64,000 nt of DNA from Pedosphaera sp. (GTDB lineage: Bacteria > Verrucomicrobiota > Verrucomicrobiia > Limisphaerales > SIBH01): assembly GCA_031414955.1 (NCBI GenBank), contig JANOQV010000012.1, forward strand, positions 1-64,000, given 5' to 3'. How positions within the stretch are numbered: the stretch's first letter is position 1; every line of letters starts with the position of its first letter. The notes beneath the pieces are model-generated. The model was not told the origin of the DNA. It ran no database searches and worked only from the letters and a program-made list of their open reading frames with translations. Below are positions 58,601 through 64,000 of the stretch, one piece after another. Position numbers and translations under genes: made by a program.

Positions 58601-59287
58601 TTGCGCCGTGGCCGCTTCGCCATTCGTCAGCGTGAGCGGCGGCCCAAACTGATTCGTCATCACGAGGCTGCCGTCGATCAGCGTCACCCGCGTGGCGTCA
58701 TTGTCATCCACCTCGATCACGAATTCCGTGCCGAGAATGGCCGCGTAGGCGGAAGGTGTCTGCACCGGCAACGTGCCCGGCTCGTCGCGGTGAAAGTAGT
58801 AGAGCAGGCCGCGCAGCAACTGGACGCCGCCGCCCTTCTCCTCGGGAATGCGAACGAAGCTCAGCGGACCGAGGCGCAGCGTGCTGTGATCGGAGAGTTG
58901 CACCACGGCGCGGCTGCGTTCCATCGTGCGCAGACTGTCCCCGGGGAACAGCACCTGATTGGTGTAGCCCGGATCCCGGGCCGGGGAGTTGCCGCGCGAG
59001 ACGAATATTTTCCCTTCAAAGCCCAGCAGCACCGCCTCCGTTTTCTGCGCCGCGCCCGCCGTGGTTCCGATCCCGCCCAGGACGATGGCCCACAGCGCCA
59101 GCGCGAAGCCAATGTAACGCCGCGTTATTCTCCCTCTCCCCTCACCGGGGAGAGGGCCGGGGTGAGGGGTGAGAATGGCAGTGGGCGGTGGTTGGCAAAC
59201 GACAGTGCTCGGACGATCCCACCCCTCACCCTCAATCCCTCTCCCCGTTGAGGAGAGAGGGAAGCCCGCCACGGACGCGCTCTTCAT
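55607..59287 (-). CDS. FecR domain + TPR + C-terminal TonB-receptor-like beta-barrel outer-membrane protein (start could be 59416)
   Basis: FecR GDSLRT..RSRAVVQLSD.S.LRL, TPSAYAAILGTEF; TPRs; barrel strands ending LKFNF. Confidence 0.82.
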   Translation of the reverse strand: MKSASVAGFPLSSTGRGIEGEGWDRPSTVVCQPPPTAILTPHPGPLPGEGRGRITRRYIGFALALWAIVLGGIGTTAGAAQKTEAVLLGFEGKIFVSRGNSPARDPGYTNQVLFPGDSLRTMERSRAVVQLSDHSTLRLGPLSFVRIPEEKGGGVQLLRGLLYYFHRDEPGTLPVQTPSAYAAILGTEFVIEVDDNDATRVTLIDGSLVMTNQFGPPLTLTNGEAATAQVNSAPVKVPALEAVNVIQWVLYYPGVLDLEELPLTPAEAQALEASLAAYRSGDLIAAVTNYPANRQPASDAEKVYLAALDLAVGEVGLAQAALNTIPDVNSPAASIARALRTVMAAIQLRPHPGPLPQEREQGAAGTATKLLAESYFAQSRGELKEALEFARRATGVSPGFSFAWARVAELEFSFGRTTPAREAVEKSLSLAPRNAHAVALRGFLFAADNRTREAIAAFDEAIVLNSAMGNAWLGRGLCRIRRGDLAGGREDLQVAATVEPQRAIFRSYLGKAFSNERDVLRARKELHLAQSLDPNDPTAWLYSALLNRDVNRINEGVRDLEHARELNENRRVFRPRLTLDQDLAVQAVNLAGLYDDAGMLEVSAREAGRAVEADPANYSTHLFLAETYERRRDPARISQRFETAAVTEYLLANLLAPIGAGTLAQSVTQNEYSKLFERDGLGVSSSTEYYSRGAWWQSGAQYGSVENFSYAVSAFYNSDQGQRASNDLEQNELSLQLKYQITPEDSLYFHAVRSEIEGGDLLTRQDPASANRTLRVEERQEPLLLAGWQHKWAPGVHTLALVGWLQDEMMVKNGQQQTLLLGKDSGGKVTDAVPILIEQKYATDLGLFTAELQQLWQTENHAFIVGGRYQAGQFETRSEQMNAQVPPPIPGFVSALFPTGRESVDSQMERASGYGYYHWRPVTPLLLVAGVSYDWLRYPVNFRYAPLGAGEDETDQISPKGGLIWTPTDRTTLRAAYSQSLGGVGFDQSFRLEPTQVAGFNQAFRSIIPESIAGANSAASFENWGASIEQRFGKGTYVGLSGEWLRSELERDFGVYDFLPSFQVARSSTRQRLDYQERTVALTLNQLVADDWSLGVRYRVSYAELESHFRDIPGNALTALDFHSRTKSDALLHQVNLFAIFNHRSGFFSQAEALWNGQINGGAGAGTDDEFWQFNLYAGWRGFQRRFEVRVGVLNLTGEDYRLSPLNLTAELPRERTYVARLKFNF

Positions 59288-59425
59288 GGAAAGAGAGCCA
59301 TCCTCCTGAGTGTGCGGCAAGCTGCGCCGGCTTTCGCCGCGAGCCTCCCCAGCCGCGCCAACACTTCTGCTCCGCTGTTTCGAGGAAGGTTCAAGTTCAC
59401 ATTTCATGCGTGTCATCTCGCCAGG

Positions 59426-59880
59426 GATACGTATGGGACCCGTCGAGTTTTAATCTTTCTGCAACTTTGTGAAGATTTTTTCAAAAAGGCCCGGCCGGTT
59501 GCGTGTTCATGCCAGTGCAGGCAGCCGCGCAAATTGTTTTCAGCCGCTCTGGTCCACCGCCGAGACGGGAAGAGCGCAGAGGTTTTCCGGCCGGGATCTC
59601 TGTACTGCAATCCATCCGAATCCTCGTGCGCCGCGAGGATTTCTGCCCGCCTGATCCACCGCCGAGGCGGGAAGGGCGCAGAGACAGCGCGTTCGGAAAG
59701 CTCTGCCCCCTTCCCGCCTCTGCGGTGGATCAGCCCGTTCCCTTTGGTTGCGGCTCCGCCGCGCTGTGTCCTTCCCGTCTCTGTGGTGCCACCGGGTGGA
59801 TCGTTTGGTTGCGGCTTGGCCGCTCCGTGTCCAGCCGTGGTTAAAAGATATTTTCAAAAAGGCCCGGCCCGTTGCGTATT
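59426..59880. promoter_or_regulatory. Divergent ECF-type promoter motifs TT(C/A)AAA-N16-CGT(A/G)T
   Basis: Plus-strand copies within a 36-bp direct repeat at 59472-59507 and 59845-59880 (33/36 identical); minus-strand copy TTAAAA-N16-CGTAT at about 59426-59452. Confidence 0.45.
59554..59788. repeat. Nested palindromic REP-like elements (CCACCGCCGAG.CGGGAAG.GCGCAGAG family)
   Basis: Left arms at 59554 and 59656; right arms at 59701-59728 and 59764-59788. Confidence 0.75.
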
Positions 59881-59990
59881 GCTCTGTAGAGATGGACAGG
59901 ATGTGTTATGACAGGACCCGAATTGCCCAGGTCATCCGGCGACGAGGCGCAGCTTTGTCCGCGAATGACACCCCGGCGGCTACTTGACGA

Positions 59991-62900
59991 ATGAAATTTT
60001 GCTTCACAGTTTGCGGTGATCCAAGGCGGCGGTGGCGTGGCCCTGCGGCCCTGCGGCGGTGGCGGCTTCTTCTGCTGCTGGGGTCCGCGCTCCTCCTCCT
60101 GTGCGCCTGGCTCGGAATGGGCACCGCTTATGCCGCTACTCCCGGCGCGGTGCTGGGGTGGGGAATCTCCTCCCAAAGTTACATGCCCCTCGCGACGCAG
60201 AGTGGGGTGGTGGCCGTTGCGGCGGGACAGTATCGCGCGGTGGCCTTGAAGACCGACGGGAGCTTGCTGGCGTGGACACCCTTCGCCTACGAGGTAACGA
60301 CCGTGCCCGTGGAGGCGCAGAGCGGGGTGATGGCCATTGCAGCGGGAGGGGATAACATCGTGGCCTTGAAGACCAACGGGAGCGTGCTGGAGTGGCTGGT
60401 GTGGGGAGACAACTGGTCCGTCCAAACGGTGCCCGTGGAGGCGCAGAGCGGGGTGACGGCCATTGCAGCGGGAAGCTTTCACGCCGCGGCCTTGAAGACC
60501 AACGGGAGCGTGGTGGCGTGGGGATCCACCGTCCACGGCCAAACGACGGTACCGGTCACGGCGCAGAGCGGAGTGATAGCGATTGCAGCGGGAGGTTCTC
60601 ACACCGTGGCCTTGAAGTATGACGGGAGCGTGGTGGCGTGGGGTTATAACGCCTACGGCCAAACCAATGTGCCCGTGGCCGCGCAAAGCGGGGTGGCGGC
60701 CATTGCGGCGGGAAAATATCACACCGTAGCCTTGAAGTATGACGGGAGCGTGGTGGCGTGGGGAGACAACGGCTTCGGCCAAACGACGGTGCCCGCGGCG
60801 GCGCAGAGTGGAGTGATGGCCATTGCAGCCGGATACGGACACACCGTGGCCTTGAAGACCAACGGGAGCGTGCTGGCGTGGGGAGACAACTGGGCCGGCC
60901 AAACGACGGTGCCCGTGGCGGCGCAGAGTGGAGTGACGGCGATCGCGGCGGGAGAGGGACATACCGTGGCGCTCGTCATCCCGACTCCCCCCACCATCAC
61001 CACTCAACCCGTGAGCCTGACGGTGAACGCGGGGCAGAGCGCGAGCTTCACCGTGGTGGCCACGGGTTTTCCCTTGAACTACCAATGGTTCAAGGACGGA
61101 ACCAATCTCAACGGGGTAACGAGCCACGGCCACGGCTTGGACCACGCATCGTTCAATGACGCGGGAAGCTACACCGTGGTGGTGACCAACTCTGTCGGGA
61201 GCGTGACGAGCGCGCCACCGGCGGTGCTGACGGTGAACGCGGCGCTTCCCGGCGCGGTGGTGGAGTGGGGAGTCAACTTCTCGGGCCAAGTGAATGTGCC
61301 TGTGGCGGCGCAGAGCGGGGTGACCGCCATTGCGGCGGGAGAGTATCACACGGTGGCCTTGAAGACCGACGGGAGCGTGCTGGCGTGGGGACAAAACGAC
61401 GTTGGCCAAACGACCATTCCCGTTGAGGCCCAGAGCGGGGTGATGGCCATCGCCGCGGGAGAGATACATACCGTGGCGCTGAAGAATGACGGAAGCGTGG
61501 TGGCGTGGGGAGACAACGCGGAAGACCAAACGACCGTGCCCCTGGCGGCCCAGAGTGGAGTGACGGCCATTGCGGCGGGAGCATATCACACCGTGGCCTT
61601 AAAGAACGACGGAAGCGTGGTGGCCTGGGGATACGCCGGCATCGTAACGACGGTGCCCGTGATGGCGCAGAGCGGGGTGACGGCCATCGCGGCGGGAGGC
61701 TATCACACCGTCGCCTTGAAGAATGACGGAAGCGTGGTGGCGTGGGGAGACAACTGGGCTGGCCAAACGATCGTGCCCGTTGCAGCGCAGAGCGGGGTGA
61801 TGGCCGTTGCGGCAGGAAACTCCCACACCGTGGCCTTGAAGACTGACGGGAGCGTGCTGGCGTGGGGAGACGGCTCTTACGGCCAAATGAATGTGCCTGT
61901 GCCGGCACAAAGCGGAGTGACGGCCATTGCGGCGGGATATGGCCACACCGTGGCCTTGAAGAACGACGGGAGCGTGATGGTCTGGGGCCGCAACGACTAC
62001 GGCCAAGCAACGGTGCCCGTGGCGGCGCAGAGCAGAGTGACGGCCATTGCGGCGAGAGGTGGTCACACCGTGGCGCTGCTCGGAGATGGGAGGCCGGTGG
62101 TGACCGTGCCACCGGTGGAACAAACCGCGCTCCTCGGTAACACCTTCCGCCTGGCGGCCATGGTCGTGGGCAACGGGCCGTTGTTTTATCAGTGGCGCTT
62201 CAACGGAGTGGACATCGCCGGAGCGACCAATGCCCTGCTCGAACTTCTCAACGTGCAAACCAATCAGGCGGGTGGTTACACGTTCGTCGTGACCAATGCC
62301 CTCGGCGCGGTAACGGGCGCGGTGGCGCAAGTGACAGTTCTCGTTCCGGCGCACGTTGATCCCTTGCCGCCGAGCACCACGGTGTTGCTTGGCTCCAACG
62401 TGACGCTGTCTGCGAATGCGGAGGGCACGCCGCCGCTGCGGTATCAGTGGCGCAAGAACGGGGCGAACATTCCGGGAGCCACGAACAGCAACTACACCAT
62501 CACCAACGTCCAGGTCAGCGATGGCGGCGCGTACACGGTGGTGGTGCAGAACGATTACGGCACAGCCACCAGCGACCCGACGCTGCTCATCGTCCAAGTG
62601 CCGCCCCAGGCTCCGGGCGATAATTTCGCCAACCGAGTCGCGATCATCGGCACCAACGGGGTGGTCGGGGGCACGAACCGTTTCGCGACCAAGGAAGCGG
62701 GCGAACCCAACCACGGCGGCAAGGCGGGCAGCAATTCAGTCTGGTACACCTGGCAGGCGCCGAGCAACGGCATCGCCACCTTCCGCACCCAGGGCAGCGT
62801 GTTCGACACCCTGCTCGGCGTTTACACCGGCGGCACCGTTTCCAATCTCACGACGGTCGCCAGCGACGAAGATCTCGGCGGCTTCTTCACCAGCGAAGTG

Positions 62901-64000
62901 CAGTTCAACGCCGTGGCCGGAACCGACTACCAGATCGCCGTCGATGGCTTCGCCGGGGGACAGGGCGAGTTCATCCTGGGCTGGGATCTGGAGATCACCA
63001 GCGACACCCTGCCCGTGATCACCACCCAACCACTTAGCCGGGCCGTGTTGATCGATTCAGACGTGACGTTCAACGTGTCTGCTACGGGAACCGGCCTGAC
63101 CTACCAATGGTTCTTCAACGGCTCCGCCCTCTCCGGCGCAACCAACACCGCCCTCACCCGCAGCAGCGTGCAAGCGGCGGATGTCGGCTACTACACCGTG
63201 CGCGTGCGCAACAGCGTGGGACGTGAAGTGGACAGTCTGGCCGCAGCCTTGGAACTGGTGAGCGAGCTGCGGCCACTCTCCCAGGATAAGTTCGAGGATC
63301 TACTGTCGCCGCCGGTCCCGGATCGTTACCCGCCCAAGGGCGGCTCCTCGTTCACCGTGTCGCTGGGGACGATCGATTATCAGATCGTGAGCAACGTGCG
63401 TTCGACGACCGATCTGGGCGAGCCGACCCCGTGCGACGTGATCGGCGGGGCCAGCCAGTGGATCACCCTGCGCGGGACGAGCAATGGGGTGTTCCGCATC
63501 GACACCATCGGCAGCGCCATCAACACGGTGCTGACGGTCTATCGCTCGACCAACCTACTTTACCTCCACACGGCGCAAGTGGCCTGCGACGACAATGGCG
63601 CGCCGGACGGTGTGCGCAGCCTGCTCTGGTTCAATGCCACCGCCAACACCGATTACCTGGTGGTGGTGGACGGCGTGAACTCCGCGCGCGGCACCATCCA
63701 CATCAACTGGGCCTTCGGCCTGCCGCCCTCAGCAGCAACCAACAGCCTGCCGCCGCGCCACGCTTTTCTGCCCGGCCAGAGCCTGACGCTGCGCTCACCG
63801 GCGACCAACGGCCTTCCCCCGCCGCGTTTCCAGTGGCTTTGGAACGGCAGCCCGATCGTCGGTGCGACCAATGCGCTGCTCACCCTGACCAACCTGCAAT
63901 CGGCCCAGGTCGGTTTCTACACTGTGGTAGTCAGCAATGCCCTGGGCATACTGACCTACGCGACCGACCTCAGCCTGGAGGTGCCCACCTTCCAGGCCGA
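59991..64000 (+). CDS. Large secreted protein: two RCC1-repeat propellers, multiple Ig domains, PPC-like domains (runs off window end)
   Basis: Frame from ATG 59991 spot-checked as open to the window end (absent from ORF track because it has no stop); signal peptide; 40-aa repeats QSGV.AIAAG..HTVALK.DGSVVAWG; Ig YQW..NG; DNFANR..ATKEAGEP.H. Confidence 0.88.
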   Translation, partial: MKFCFTVCGDPRRRWRGPAALRRWRLLLLLGSALLLLCAWLGMGTAYAATPGAVLGWGISSQSYMPLATQSGVVAVAAGQYRAVALKTDGSLLAWTPFAYEVTTVPVEAQSGVMAIAAGGDNIVALKTNGSVLEWLVWGDNWSVQTVPVEAQSGVTAIAAGSFHAAALKTNGSVVAWGSTVHGQTTVPVTAQSGVIAIAAGGSHTVALKYDGSVVAWGYNAYGQTNVPVAAQSGVAAIAAGKYHTVALKYDGSVVAWGDNGFGQTTVPAAAQSGVMAIAAGYGHTVALKTNGSVLAWGDNWAGQTTVPVAAQSGVTAIAAGEGHTVALVIPTPPTITTQPVSLTVNAGQSASFTVVATGFPLNYQWFKDGTNLNGVTSHGHGLDHASFNDAGSYTVVVTNSVGSVTSAPPAVLTVNAALPGAVVEWGVNFSGQVNVPVAAQSGVTAIAAGEYHTVALKTDGSVLAWGQNDVGQTTIPVEAQSGVMAIAAGEIHTVALKNDGSVVAWGDNAEDQTTVPLAAQSGVTAIAAGAYHTVALKNDGSVVAWGYAGIVTTVPVMAQSGVTAIAAGGYHTVALKNDGSVVAWGDNWAGQTIVPVAAQSGVMAVAAGNSHTVALKTDGSVLAWGDGSYGQMNVPVPAQSGVTAIAAGYGHTVALKNDGSVMVWGRNDYGQATVPVAAQSRVTAIAARGGHTVALLGDGRPVVTVPPVEQTALLGNTFRLAAMVVGNGPLFYQWRFNGVDIAGATNALLELLNVQTNQAGGYTFVVTNALGAVTGAVAQVTVLVPAHVDPLPPSTTVLLGSNVTLSANAEGTPPLRYQWRKNGANIPGATNSNYTITNVQVSDGGAYTVVVQNDYGTATSDPTLLIVQVPPQAPGDNFANRVAIIGTNGVVGGTNRFATKEAGEPNHGGKAGSNSVWYTWQAPSNGIATFRTQGSVFDTLLGVYTGGTVSNLTTVASDEDLGGFFTSEVQFNAVAGTDYQIAVDGFAGGQGEFILGWDLEITSDTLPVITTQPLSRAVLIDSDVTFNVSATGTGLTYQWFFNGSALSGATNTALTRSSVQAADVGYYTVRVRNSVGREVDSLAAALELVSELRPLSQDKFEDLLSPPVPDRYPPKGGSSFTVSLGTIDYQIVSNVRSTTDLGEPTPCDVIGGASQWITLRGTSNGVFRIDTIGSAINTVLTVYRSTNLLYLHTAQVACDDNGAPDGVRSLLWFNATANTDYLVVVDGVNSARGTIHINWAFGLPPSAATNSLPPRHAFLPGQSLTLRSPATNGLPPPRFQWLWNGSPIVGATNALLTLTNLQSAQVGFYTVVVSNALGILTYATDLSLEVPTFQA

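Noticed and set aside
60150..62080. Regular 120-bp repeats as a CRISPR array
   Set aside because: They are in-frame RCC1 protein repeats with codon-position variation; no cas genes and no unique spacers

Overview
GC-rich bacterial chromosomal segment. The gene content (DUF1501/DUF1549-DUF1553/planctomycete cytochrome c cluster, ScpAB, CdaA-GlmM, GuaB3, Thr-Asn-rich secreted Ig/FGE/RCC1 proteins, kinase-linked ECF sigma) suggests Verrucomicrobiota; this is an inference. The housekeeping backbone is a beta-oxidation operon, an MsbA-like ABC exporter, recA, tmRNA, an LptF/G permease, folP-cdaA-(mini cdaR)-glmM-NUDIX-tadA, tRNA-Asp, scpAB-pheA-kdsD, pilT, uvrA, cbiX and tauE. Accessory parts are a decayed toxin-antitoxin cluster (4.4-7.4 kb), several secreted propeller/Ig proteins, a DUF1501 cluster with an AraC regulator, and a candidate trans-envelope signalling locus at 52.7-64 kb (FecR-TPR-beta-barrel, CHASE2-Ser/Thr kinase, ECF sigma, and a divergent RCC1/Ig surface protein with shared ECF-type promoter motifs). 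Main observations: (1) several families of REP/MITE-like palindromic and heptamer elements sit in frame inside protein-coding genes (four in uvrA alone) and also disrupt toxin genes; (2) the FecR/CHASE2-kinase/ECF locus; (3) a DGR-like variable region in an FGE-domain gene, with no reverse transcriptase in the window; (4) a 53-aa anchor-only CdaR; (5) a candidate anti-Shine-Dalgarno sRNA upstream of tRNA-Asp. I saw no CRISPR array, integrase or transposase. All family calls come from motif recognition by eye, not database searches.
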